Positions 23,151-34,283 of a DNA stretch of 64,000 bases are shown in pieces (positions within the stretch are counted from its first letter, which is position 1; each line of letters opens with the position of its first letter). The position numbers and the translations under genes were made by a program. The notes under the pieces were generated by a model. That model did no database searches. It had not been told where the DNA came from and saw only the letters and a program-made list of their open reading frames with translations. The stretch spans positions 352,001-416,000 of the forward strand of contig CM000432.1 in assembly GCA_000165345.1 (NCBI GenBank), in the 5' to 3' direction.

Positions 23151-24713
23151 TTAATGAATTAGTTGTAACATAATATTGTATTCTTCTTGTTCTTTCTTAG
23201 TATCTTGAATTAAATTATCAACAAAATTATCCATAAATTGAATATATTTACTTATACTTGAAGGTATTGTATAAGTTGTTGTATTTGATTTAATATCTTT
23301 TTGACAAACATTATTGTCATAATCATTTCTAATACTAGTAAGTGTAGGAACAGTTTTTGGATTAAAATTAAAATTTTGACTTGTATCAATAGGAATACAA
23401 AGTCTACCAGTAGAATGATGAATACAAAAAGGAGCTTTTAAAAGATGTCCAAGATCTTTACTGACATTAATATCTAATCTTGGATAACTATAAGCAAATA
23501 CAATTTCTTTAAGAAGAGTAAGATGGGATTTATCGGATGATTTTTGTAAAGTATTAGAAAGAAAATCCCAGAATTCAAGACATGTAAAATCAGATGTTTT
23601 TTGAATCCAATTTTGAACAGTTTGATATACTTTAGTATCTTCAGAAAGATGATTTAATACTTTTTCAATATGAATAGAATTGTGATCAAAAATTTGTTGG
23701 TTTTCTAGTATTTGATCAAAATATTGCATGCATATATTAAAACATCTATCTATAAATGGATGAGATTTAATCCCATTTTGATTATTTGAAGTCTTTAAAT
23801 TAACTTTCTTTTTTCTATTTTCATTACCAGTAACTAATGTTAAATAATCAATAATAGCAGTTCTTGCTTCAGAAGGTAGAAGTCTGGCTTTAGTATCACA
23901 AACCCAACAATGTACTCCTCTTCTTCCAGAATAAAGCCAAAGTATATGTTTAAAGCCAAAATCTTGTCTTAAAGAAGTATCTATAAGACGAATTGCTACA
24001 GTTACATAAAGCCAACATTTTTCACAAATAGTTTTCTCTTGACAACATGTTCGAATATCATCATAATCATTCATATCAATATCAAAGACTAATTCTCTTT
24101 GTACAGGCTTAAATCCAAGAGGGGAGATTTCTTTTTCAGAAATGGGGATATTGTAGATTGCTCCAATATCAAATTTATGTGGAGTTCTTGCAACAATTTC
24201 TTGTTTTAGTTGATCAATTGTTTTGAAATGTTGCCATCTGAGATATATTTCATCCTGATCAATTTCAGATTTAATAGTCATAGAGAATTCTCTGTTTTGA
24301 ATTAAGTTGTTTTGTCTTGAATTATCTAATTGGATAATAATATAAGAAATAAAGTTAAGTTATGTTTTATTCAATATAATTGAGTTAGGATGATTCATAG
24401 TAATGAATTAAATCATTAATTTATGAATGCATTGTTCCTAGAAATTTTACTTAGCTTACCTCCTATAGTTCCTACATTATATGAAAGCCATTTTCCCAAT
24501 ATATTGAATGGATAAATTTTATCTAAACAAAATGAATTATGAATATTCAAATGATTATACAGCCTTATTTCTCAATTTCTAATTTATATTTTAAGGCTGT
24601 TAATTATATAATTTAAACTTACTATAAAAGAACTTCAGATCAGCTTTGTCAATAAAGCTGTCATCAGCAAATATTAAAGTTTCATCTTTTTCAAAGTTAT
24701 CTTCAAGTACCAT
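23151..24713 (-). CDS. PRI1: DNA primase small (catalytic) subunit, at least 3 exons (exon1 about 24713-24623; exon2 about 24522-24460; exon3 about 24289-23151)
   Basis: The track ORF (23151-24281) carries the catalytic core ...ELVFDIDMNDYDDIRTCC...LWLYSGRRGVHCWVCD. Upstream on the same strand, exon 1 codes MVLEDNFEKDETLIFADDSFIDKADLKFFY followed by GTAAGT, and exon 2 codes NKIYPFNILGKWLSYNVGTIG followed by GTAAGC. These reproduce the conserved primase N-terminus (yeast EYYYKSLYPFKHIFNWLNHS; human LKLYYRRLFPYSQYYRWLNYG). The exon2-exon3 junction is placed at an AG 8 nt before the track ATG and is uncertain. Confidence 0.75.
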
Positions 24714-25016
24714 TTTAATGAATAAATTATTAATTTATTTTTTAATAATTTTGTTATTGTCTTTGATATAAAATAATAATAATTGAATTAGGCGTACAAG
24801 TATCACTTTCTCAAAAATATTCACCTTTTTGTATATTATTTGAAAAAGAGAGATAATGAGAAAGAAAGAGAGAGAGAAATAAAGATCTGTAGAAAAGGGA
24901 AGGGAGATAAATAGATTAAATATTTATTATCGTATTTTTTATTTCCTTCCTTTTTTTTTTTTTTTACCTCACAAATTTGTGAGATCTTAATTAACATTTA
25001 TTTAAACAAAAAATGG

Positions 25017-25038
25017 GTTTGGCGCCAAAACGGGTACC
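25017..25038. promoter_or_regulatory. E2F palindrome TTTGGCGCCAAAACG plus GGTACCG
   Basis: About 300 bp upstream of the corrected primase start and about 170 bp upstream of the 25206 gene. Its reverse complement, CGGTACCCGTTTTGGCGCCAAA, matches 8873-8897. Confidence 0.6.
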
Positions 25039-25205
25039 GAAAATTATTTTGAAATTTTTATATTGGTTATTATTTGCAGGTTAAATTTCCAAGTTAGGTG
25101 AGCAAGTAGATAGGATAAAAAAAAAGAGATCATTTTTGGTTTATTATAGTATAACTAAATAATATAAGAGTGGTGTGTGTAGAGATTTTTGATTAGTTTG
25201 AATAA

Positions 25206-25583
25206 ATGGTAGAAATATATGCATCTGAAAGCTCGGAAGTTGGTAAGCAAGTGAATTGGAATTATATTAATAAGGATAGTCTTTCAAATATAAACGAATT
25301 AGATGTTACGGTATTGAAGGAGATATATAGTGAGATAATTGATTTTGCAAATAAGCTTGCAGAATCGAATAGAATAATGGAGGATTATAAAGATGATGAG
25401 GATATTGTGGATGCAATTGATGAGAATGAGGGAATAATTAAGAGAAAAAAGGAGATAATTGAATTAATTGAGAGTAGATTTAAGCAATTGAATAGGGAAG
25501 ATTTAATAAACGAATCAAAACTTGAAATAGATGGTAAAGATTGCAAAAATAATGAAGATAATAATATGGAAGAATATTTGTAA
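25206..25583 (+). CDS. Hypothetical small acidic protein (125 aa)
   Basis: ORF sharing the E2F-bearing bidirectional promoter with the primase gene. No family recognised. Confidence 0.5.
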   Translation: MVEIYASESSEVGKQVNWNYINKDSLSNINELDVTVLKEIYSEIIDFANKLAESNRIMEDYKDDEDIVDAIDENEGIIKRKKEIIELIESRFKQLNREDLINESKLEIDGKDCKNNEDNNMEEYL

Positions 25584-25745
25584 GAAGAATGAATATTCTC
25601 ATATATTTATCTTAAGTTTTATAACATATTGATATATTTATTTTTTCTTAAAGAAAAAAAAATAATGAAGAAGTTATCGTACTAATTTTTAAACAAAATT
25701 TAGGATATTTCCAATGATAACTAATTTTCTTAAAAAAGTATTAAT

Positions 25746-26504
25746 CTATAGGTAAAATATAACATAATGTAGAATAACTATAAGAATATTTAATGGATTT
25801 ATTTGAGGCCAAAGAGTTTTAACAAAATAAATTCTTGTATTGTGACAAACTTGATAAATTAAAAAATCAGAAAGACGTGTTTCCCCTGAAGTTCTTATCA
25901 ATATATTAGGAAATGGTATTTCAGGATTATATATAAAAGATTTAAATTTTTCATCAGAAAGAGTAATATCTTGAATTTGGTTAATATTATTAGAATTAAC
26001 ATTTTTATAATTTTCAAGATACTTTTTTGATGCCATTTCTAATTCTGCTGTCCATGAATAAGCACAACAAATATTAAGAACAATTCCATTATTTTCTTTT
26101 GTTTTAAGTTCTAAATCTTTTAAAGTATCTAATAATTCTTTTGGAAGCATTTCAATTTTCCCAGAAATAACAACTTTAGAATTCTTTTCATTTAACCAAT
26201 TTCCTTCTTTTAAAATATAATCCTTAATTACATTAAATGTATCATCTACATTTTCTTGATTTCTAGAAAAATTCTCCATTGAAAAAACAAACATTGAAAT
26301 ATATTTTACTTTTAGCTTTATAAATAGTGGTAATATTTTCTTTATTAAAAGTGCACCTTGTTTATGTCCTTCTAACTGTGATATTCCCATTGCTTTTGCA
26401 TATCTCCTATTTCCATCTAATATTATTGCTACATGATTGATCTTAAATATGCTTAAAAAACGAGTTAACACTATTTCTAATACTCTTTTTATTAATGATA
26501 TCAT
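25746..26504 (-). CDS. cis-Prenyltransferase (undecaprenyl/dehydrodolichyl diphosphate synthase family)
   Basis: HVAIILDGNRRYAK...GH..G... and ...FVFSMENFSRNQENV motifs of the UPP-synthase family. Confidence 0.85.
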   Translation of the reverse strand: MISLIKRVLEIVLTRFLSIFKINHVAIILDGNRRYAKAMGISQLEGHKQGALLIKKILPLFIKLKVKYISMFVFSMENFSRNQENVDDTFNVIKDYILKEGNWLNEKNSKVVISGKIEMLPKELLDTLKDLELKTKENNGIVLNICCAYSWTAELEMASKKYLENYKNVNSNNINQIQDITLSDEKFKSFIYNPEIPFPNILIRTSGETRLSDFLIYQVCHNTRIYFVKTLWPQINPLNILIVILHYVIFYL

Positions 26505-26806
26505 TTTAATTAATTTCTTGATAATTTATTAAGATGTTTAATTCACTTCACTATTACATAATATTACTTTACTATAAAAAGATAATAAAAGAAAGGAAAA
26601 AGAATAAATAAACATTTATATTATTTGTTTTACCTCCCCCTCAAATCCTCGACTTGTTAAAAAAAATATATATATATATATATATATATACAATTTTTTT
26701 TTTTTAAATTAATACCATCTACTATCTCAAATATAATAAACTATTGCATTATTGACATAAATAATCTGATAAAGTCAGATGCCCGCGCGCGGCACAGCGC
26801 ATGTAT

Positions 26807-27371
26807 TTAATATAAAGAAAATGTTGATTTTCCACCTGGAGGATTATGTACTTTAACATTTGTTTTAAAAGAATTACCAGTAGAAGTTTTACCTAAAGAA
26901 TTATTATCAACATTTTTTACTTCACTGGTTTCAGAGTTATTTTGATTTACATTAAAACTATCATTTTCAATATTAAGATTATTATTTGTTGCATGTAAAT
27001 TTGTTATTTGTTGTTTATTAGTATTTGTTTCATTGTTATTAGTATTAGAGGAATTGCATGTATCTGAAAAGGCGCCTAAATTTGTGATTATTTAAATAAT
27101 GTTGAAATAAAATAATTTGTTTAAAACTTACTGAATCCAAGTCCAAGGGAAGATGAGCCACCAGGTGGATGGTGGATTCTTGTACTTGGTTTACTTCTAA
27201 AGAATTGATTATCTTGAGCGTCTTTTTATTATTATAAAGTTTTATTTTTCAAAAGTAATATTTTATAGAAAATATAAATATATTAATTTATTAATTTCAG
27301 TAAAGTTTATTCGTAATTTAAAAATCAGTTAGATTAATACCAAATAATTGTAATATATTGAACTAACCCAT
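26807..27371 (-). CDS. HN1/Jupiter-like small protein, predicted 3 exons (27371-27368 ATGG; 27221-27132; 27075-26807), about 120 aa
   Basis: No long ORF exists here. Minus-strand exon 2 codes DAQDNQFFRSKPSTRIHHPPGGSSSLGLGF, ended by GTAAGT. Exon 3 begins after ...AATTTAG and codes AFSDTC...KVHNPPGGKSTFSLY then stop. The two PPGG(S/K)S-hydrophobic motifs are the hallmark of HN1/JPT proteins. The 4-nt first exon (ATG+G, donor GTTAGT, acceptor AAAAAG) is inferred from phase. Confidence 0.55.
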
Positions 27372-27591
27372 TATTTATTTGTTTTAGTTAGATTCTTTTT
27401 TTTTTTTTTTAATATTATCAACTTTAAATCACTTTTTGAATGAAATTCTAAGAATCTGTTTGAGTATTATTAATAATACAAAAAATAAAGAAAATTAAAT
27501 TATATAAAATGATGATTGAAGAAACAATTATATTTTACCCCTTACCTATTTAATTTATTAATATTTAAAATAAATCTCAATAATATATATA

Positions 27592-27623
<32 letters not shown>

Positions 27624-27704
27624 AATTAATTCCCATGTAATTTTTCCCTCCACTAGAATTTATTTAAAAATTAATATATTCAATTTTATTACTATCCCCA
27701 CGCA

Positions 27705-27723
27705 GTGGCGCCAAAAAACCCGC
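27705..27723. promoter_or_regulatory. E2F-like GTGGCGCCAAAAAACCCGC with adjacent C-box ATCCCCACGC
   Basis: Lies between the divergent HN1-like gene and BRX1. Confidence 0.45.
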
Positions 27724-28393
27724 TTTAGTTTGAATATTTATAATTATATATATATAAATATATTATACTATTAAAAGACAAATAATGATAAGTAACATCA
27801 ATAACTGCCAAAAATTGATAATTGAAAAATATTTACTAATATAGTAAAAATATTGATAATAGTAGGAAATACGTATATAGATATTATTATTAATATTTAT
27901 TTAAAAAAAAATTAATATTAAATAACTTTGACAGACGAGTTATTATCTGTGTATGTCAAAACACTATAAGAATATTTGTTAAAAAAAAAAAAGAATTATA
28001 TTAATGTACTAATCTAAGATTTTACTAGACTTTTTTTTTAAAAAAAGGAAATAAACAACAGTATTCAAGGTCAAGGGTTTTTTTTTTTTTTTTACTTTTA
28101 AAGAGATTAAGGAAGGTATTTGTTTTTATGTAAGTAATATACTGTAGATATATACTTTTGAATGCAACAGGTTAAAAAGATTTAAAGGTGAAAAAATAAG
28201 ATTTCAAATTTTATACAAGGTAAATAAAGACAAGTTATACTTACATATATAAATGTATATGTACGTATAATTGCAACTATAATCATATTTTCACGTGAAT
28301 TTGGTCAAATAATAATCTTTAAGATAATTAATATTGCAAATATTAAATATTAACAATTTAATAAAAAGTAATACAATAATTTATTAGTAAGGT

Positions 28394-29455
28394 ATGCCAT
28401 CTAAAGACAATAATACAAATATGTCATCATCTTCATCATCCAGAATTGCTAATGCAAGTGAAGATAATGAAATAAAAATGGATATTGAGGAAGGTCATAT
28501 AACTTCTAATAATAATAATAATAATATTAATACCGATCCATATATGATGAAGGGTGCAGAATATCTCAACAAAGAATCAAGATGGAAAAATAAACAAAGA
28601 GTATTAGTATTATCAACAAGAGGAATTAATTTTAGACATCGTCATTTAATGGAAGATATTAAAAAGTTATTACCACATCATAAATCTGAGGTAAAATGGG
28701 AAAAGAAACAACCATTTTCTGAAATCTCTGAAATGAGTGAATTACGTTCTTGTAATAATATTATATTATTAGAAGCAAGAAGACATGAAGAGTTATATAT
28801 GTGGGTAGCAAAATGTCCAAATGGTCCTAGTATAAAATTCCAAATATTAAATATACATACTTTAGGTGAATTAAGACTTGCAGGAAATTCACTTTTAGGT
28901 TCAAGACCATTATTATCTTTTGATTCTGCATTTGAATCTGATAATTATGTTCATAATATTAATTTTTCTCAAGAACAAAAACATTTGAAATTACCATTAA
29001 AATTAATTAAAGATTTATTTATTCAGGTGTTTGGTACTCCAAGATATCATCCAAAAAGTAAACCATTCCATGATCATGTTATTAGTTTTAATTTTCTAGA
29101 TGGTAAGATTTGGTTTAGACATTATCAAATTGCTCCTACAACAGAAAGAGATCATAATAATGTTGATAAGCAGGTATTAATTGAAATTGGTCCAAGGTTT
29201 GTATTGGAGCCAATACTAATATTGGATGGTACTTTTTCTGGTCAAGTTTTATATAGAAATCCTGATTATAAATCACCTACTTTACTTAGAAATATTATTA
29301 AACAAGGATATTCTTCATCATATTTACAAAGAGTACAAAGTAAACAGAAAAGATCAGACTATAAGGATGATTTGGATTCAAGTTTGATGAATGTACCTGA
29401 GAAGAAGATGCAAATATTAAGAAGTGACAATGTTGATGATTTTCTATTAGAGTAG
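28394..29455 (+). CDS. BRX1: Ribosome biogenesis protein BRX1 (Brix domain)
   Basis: KQRVLVLSTRGINFRHRHLMEDI...CNNIILLEARRHEELYMWVAKCPNGPSIKF...GSRPLLSFD matches the BRX1 Brix domain. Confidence 0.88.
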   Translation: MPSKDNNTNMSSSSSSRIANASEDNEIKMDIEEGHITSNNNNNNINTDPYMMKGAEYLNKESRWKNKQRVLVLSTRGINFRHRHLMEDIKKLLPHHKSEVKWEKKQPFSEISEMSELRSCNNIILLEARRHEELYMWVAKCPNGPSIKFQILNIHTLGELRLAGNSLLGSRPLLSFDSAFESDNYVHNINFSQEQKHLKLPLKLIKDLFIQVFGTPRYHPKSKPFHDHVISFNFLDGKIWFRHYQIAPTTERDHNNVDKQVLIEIGPRFVLEPILILDGTFSGQVLYRNPDYKSPTLLRNIIKQGYSSSYLQRVQSKQKRSDYKDDLDSSLMNVPEKKMQILRSDNVDDFLLE

Positions 29456-30531
29456 ATATATCAAATAGAGTATGAAATGGAAGAATAATCACTAATATTT
29501 AGTGTATTTAAATCACTTGAGGATGATTTTTCTTCTTTTTTTTTTTCTCTCAAGTACCAGTATAATATACTGAAGATATTATTATTGTTATTATTAATTT
29601 ACATTGATAATCAAAGATAATTAATAACTAATATGGAAGATTATTGGAATTATGAAAAATAGTTGTATTAAAATGATTGTTATTATTATCATTATTTTGC
29701 TAATTATTATCAAATTTTATAATAAATAAAGAATTAAATGTGTATTAACCGAAAGAATCTTTAATACATTAAATTAATAATTTAAAAATTTAATAGGTAT
29801 AAATATATGAATATAACATGGAAATAACAAAGCAAAACAAAGGAAAATCAAACAAAATAACAGAAAGAAATGAAAAATCGTATCCAGGCTATCAATGAGT
29901 CGCAATGTAGCAGACATACACGACTAACTTTTTAAGTTGGTTGTTTATTAGAATATTTATTCTAATATATAAACTATAGGGAAAGTCCCCATGTGAGAGT
30001 AAGAATTCTCTATATGGCTTTAGTTATATAAGAATATACTTACTAATCTAGAGGATCATCATTAATTTGGAGTATCTTTATTTATTTAGATTCTTTAATG
30101 TGAGGTACCTTTCTTATCTATCCTCTTTATTGGATGGATAAAGATAGTGATACTGATATTATAGTGAGAGATTTCTCTTACTATGGAATCTTATATAATT
30201 GATACTGGCAGTCTCATTATTATTGAATGAGTGTAAAATGTGATCGTTAAGTTAATAGCGACTGGTATCTTTTTAAGTAGGATACAACAGAATGGGGCTT
30301 ACACTTGATTTGCTTGGTAATTTTACTTTGATATCCCAATGTTACTATTTTCTTTTTTTTTTTTCTCCTCCCTCTTGTTCTACCTTTATGTAAGTTTAAA
30401 TAGTAGTAATAAATAGTAGATATTAAAGTAATTAAAGATAGAATTTGGAATATTAAAAAGAAAGAGAAATGAAAGTATATATTATAATATAATGGACAAA
30501 ATATACAAATTATATTAATATACAAGTTAAA

Positions 30532-32061
30532 TTAAAGACCAAAAATACGAGTAAAATTTTTAGGTTTTCGACAATTACCAGAATACATATTTGCATGTAA
30601 ATTAATATTATCATCATATATAGATACACCATAGACAACTTGATCAGATATTTGACAATTATTTCCAGAAGAAGGAGTTTGATAAGCACTATTTAGTGTT
30701 TTAGAATAGTAATTATGTGAATGAGAATTGTTTGAAGTATTTGGATGGTATGTATTCGAATGAGTAAATTTTGACTTGGAAGAAATTGAAGAATTAGAAA
30801 TAATATTATTTTCTTCTATTTTCATTCTAGAAGATTGATTATTAAAGTACTTATTGGATGATTTTGTTGTATTGTGATAATTTAAATGATTATTTGTATG
30901 GTTTTTTGGGATAGGATATGATTTTTCTCTATAATAACAACTATCTTTATTGTTATTAGTATTATACTCATGACTTGTAGATTCATATTCTTGATAATTA
31001 TCGTAAATATTATCATCATCATCATCATTATCGTCATCATCATCTAATTCATGATATAAGTTTTCAAATCCTTGACTAGACAATGTAGATATTCTAGATA
31101 TTGATAAAGTGTGATCATGAGTCATATAAGAAGATTTAGATGATTGAATTTTAGGCTTTGGAGATAAATAAAGAATAAATTGTCTAACTTTTGAAATAAG
31201 TTCATCTCTCCAATTAAGTTCAATATTACAATGGTTAGCACCATTTACATACCATGGAGTGTATTTATTAGGAGAAAGCTTATAAAGCATTTCACCATGG
31301 TTAAATGGAATAACAGTATCAGCAGTACCATGAATAACAAATACTGGACATTTAACTTTTTGTATTTTTTCTAAGTTCTTAAATGCATCATACCATGGTA
31401 ATGATTTACTATTAGTATTATTACATATAACAGAGACTGCACTTTTAATACCAGAATGAATAATAATTCCTGCGATATTAATAGAATTATAAGTTGAAGC
31501 AAAATGTATAGTTGGTGCTGATCCAATTGATTGACCATATAAAATTAAGCTAGAAGAAGGTAACTTTAAATGATTAATAGAATAATGAACAATAGTTTTA
31601 ATATTTTCATATAAAGATTCTTCAGAAGTTTTTTTCTTGGATTGTCCATATCCATTGTATTCATAACTAATAATATTAACACAAGCTTTGTGAGAAAAAT
31701 CTAATAAATGACCAAATAAATAACCAATATCTGTGGCATTTGAATGAGAATATATTATAGTAAATTTTGCAGCAGGATTTTTATAATAAAAGAAATCAAT
31801 AGAATTAATAGAAGAAAATTTTACTTGAATTTGACATCTTCCTGGATCAATATTAATTAGATTCTTTTTCATTTCATTTAAAGTAACATATCTTTTTCTA
31901 TGAAAATCAAATAATACAATAGAATTACCACATTTCGAATATTTATAACCTTTAATAATTGGTGGATGAAATGACATACTATTAACTAATTGATTTTTTA
32001 TACCAGGTATTACAGAAATACATCCCAAACAAAATAACATTCCTTTCTTTTCTGATGGCAT
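30532..32061 (-). CDS. ABHD17-like alpha/beta hydrolase (putative protein depalmitoylase) with N/S/Y-rich C-terminal extension
   Basis: An N-terminal Cys cluster (FCLGCISVIPG) is followed by ...SYEYNGYGQS..., the nucleophile elbow GQSIGS and HGTADTVI. The protein is colinear with ABHD17/FAM108. Confidence 0.8.
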   Translation of the reverse strand: MPSEKKGMLFCLGCISVIPGIKNQLVNSMSFHPPIIKGYKYSKCGNSIVLFDFHRKRYVTLNEMKKNLINIDPGRCQIQVKFSSINSIDFFYYKNPAAKFTIIYSHSNATDIGYLFGHLLDFSHKACVNIISYEYNGYGQSKKKTSEESLYENIKTIVHYSINHLKLPSSSLILYGQSIGSAPTIHFASTYNSINIAGIIIHSGIKSAVSVICNNTNSKSLPWYDAFKNLEKIQKVKCPVFVIHGTADTVIPFNHGEMLYKLSPNKYTPWYVNGANHCNIELNWRDELISKVRQFILYLSPKPKIQSSKSSYMTHDHTLSISRISTLSSQGFENLYHELDDDDDNDDDDDNIYDNYQEYESTSHEYNTNNNKDSCYYREKSYPIPKNHTNNHLNYHNTTKSSNKYFNNQSSRMKIEENNIISNSSISSKSKFTHSNTYHPNTSNNSHSHNYYSKTLNSAYQTPSSGNNCQISDQVVYGVSIYDDNINLHANMYSGNCRKPKNFTRIFGL

Positions 32062-32374
32062 TTTTATTTTGATTAATTAAAGTTTCAATTATACTTATAA
32101 GCTTTACAAAAATACTCGAAATAAATTTTATATTTACTTTGCTTTAATTTTAAAATTACTTAAATATATATATATGTATATATTAATATTTTTTTCTTTA
32201 AAAGTTTCTTGAATTAAAATAAATTAAAAATAACTTAAAATTAAAAATTTAAAAAGAAAAGTCAAGATTAAAAACTTTTTTTTGTAAAAATTTGCTTTTT
32301 TCTTTATTTTTCAATTCCACATTTATTATTGCTCTTCTTCTCTCTTTTAAAGACCCCAGTCTAATAGTGACATT

Positions 32375-32474
32375 NNNNNNNNNNNNNNNNNNNNNNNNNN
32401 NNNNNNNNNNNNNNNNNNNNNNNNNNNNNNNNNNNNNNNNNNNNNNNNNNNNNNNNNNNNNNNNNNNNNNNNNN
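32375..32474. other. Assembly gap (100 N)
   Basis: Run of n characters. The track ORFs 32292-32564 and 32347-32535 are artefacts spanning it. Confidence 0.99.
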
Positions 32475-33512
32475 GAGACCCCATACGGTACTCATATGTA
32501 TTTGGTGTTAATATTGCATATGTGCCTGCAAACATATGAACAAGTTTCCTATCAATTAAATTAAATTAAATTGTATAAAGTTATAATGTAATTCATAAAA
32601 TTCTTTTTTCTTTTAATAACCATTAAAAAAAAAGAATAAGAAGAAAATATACTTTGGATAATAAATGTATTGGTATGGGTAAGTAGTAGAAATTCAATTA
32701 TCAATATTTGAAATGAATTTGTGAAGAATTAAAAAAAAAAAATGTTTTCTTTTAATACAAACAAAAAAATGAATATTAGATCTCTTTTTTTATTTTGCCA
32801 TTTTTTTTTTTCAATAAATAAATTATTTTATGTACTGATGAATATATGAAAAATATATATATTACACTATTTTATATTAATCAATTTTTATTCACTCAAT
32901 CTCATCTTATTGTTGAATTAAATCCTATACCTTAAACATTATTATCAATATCTTATATATTTTCTCCATAATACAGTAATTTACCTTGTATGCATTATAG
33001 AAAAATAATTCGTATACTGTAGAAACAATATTACGAAGACAAAGAAAAGTGCAAGTAGATAAAATTCCGAATCCATTTTTCTTTTTTTGAATGTTAGATA
33101 TATCTATATCTATATATATTAGATATATAAGATTTAAGAATTGTTTAATTAATTGGTACCAATACTTGACTCATTTCCCCCCCCCCCCCTTAGTTATTTG
33201 ATTTTTGACATATTTAGTAATTACATTAATAAATAAAATAAAGTTGGCGCTCAAAATATTCCAAATAATTAATAAAATTCTATTTACGTGCAAATATTGA
33301 GTCAAATATTACATTAAAATTTCATTACAATAAATTCTTTAATTTTTTTTTGAAAAATACTCATTAATATTATAAGTATAGATATATACATATTCATAGC
33401 TGTATTGAATAGTCTTAATCAAGTATAAAGTATTTCAATTAAGAATTTTATAATAAAATTGGAATTATTTATTATTATTTTTAATTAGTTATTAAGAAAG
33501 AAGAATATTACT

Positions 33513-34283
33513 TTGGATATAAAAAAAAATATTATAAATATGACAGAAAATATAAATAAAACTCAAGTTTTATGGCTAATTAAGAATTATTTATGTGGAT
33601 TAGAAGCTAATAAAGCAGTAAAATATATTGAAAAACATTTTCCAGAAATTAATGAGTTAGATAAAAAAAATATCAAAAAGCTCAAAAAGTTACCTGATTT
33701 ACATGAAATTTTAAAACAATTTTATAGATTTAATGAAAAAAAAACAAATTTAAAAAAAAGTGATTTAGATGATTTTTCCCAGTCAAATAAATCTATTGAA
33801 AAAATTACAATTGAATCACAAGCTAAAGATAATTCTAATATAACCAATAAAAATGTTACTCAAATTAATACAAATAAAAAAAGTAAAAAAAGAAAATCAA
33901 CAGAAATTTTAGAAGAAAGTAATATAGTTGACGAAACTAATCCCAATGTTAATAATCAAATAGAGAATGACGAGAATTTAACGTCTACTTTTAATCAAAA
34001 TTCTTCAAACTGTGCATCTATTCAAAATAGATTTAAGAGAATTGATGAAAATAAATACAAAGAAAAGCTTTCAGATGAAAGATTGAATGATAACTCATAC
34101 TGGAATATGAAGAAATATAGCAATAATTCAGATGATTTTGCCTCAAAAGCTGCATTTGAACTCGGCCAAGTTAGAGGAAAGGGATTCAGACAAGAAAAAG
34201 CTAAGAAAAAAAGATGTTCGTGGAAAGGTAATGGAACTATTTCCACAGGTGTTAGTTCAATTCAATTTAGTGATTCTGATTAA
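33513..34283 (+). CDS. Nopp140/SRP40-like nucleolar protein (LisH-like N-terminus, K/S-rich middle, SRP40_C-like C-terminus)
   Basis: N-terminal ...VLWLIKNYLCGLEANKAVKYIEKHF resembles LisH. The C-terminal ...FASKAAFELGQVRGKGFRQEKAKKKRCSWKGNGTIS resembles the SRP40 C-terminal domain (..RGKGF..EK.KKKRGSYRGG.I). Confidence 0.65.
   Translation: MDIKKNIINMTENINKTQVLWLIKNYLCGLEANKAVKYIEKHFPEINELDKKNIKKLKKLPDLHEILKQFYRFNEKKTNLKKSDLDDFSQSNKSIEKITIESQAKDNSNITNKNVTQINTNKKSKKRKSTEILEESNIVDETNPNVNNQIENDENLTSTFNQNSSNCASIQNRFKRIDENKYKEKLSDERLNDNSYWNMKKYSNNSDDFASKAAFELGQVRGKGFRQEKAKKKRCSWKGNGTISTGVSSIQFSDSD

Noticed and set aside
30030-30340. Resemblance of ATACTTACTAATC to the U1 snRNA 5' end, and of AATTTTACTTTGATATCCC to the U5 loop.
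   Set aside because: The matches are partial. The Sm site is misplaced, the U5 loop differs at invariant positions and there is no convincing secondary structure. The region is retained only as a low-interest candidate.
32292-32564. ORFs 32292-32564 (+) and 32347-32535 (-), whose translations contain runs of X.
   Set aside because: They span the 100-N assembly gap and are artefacts.
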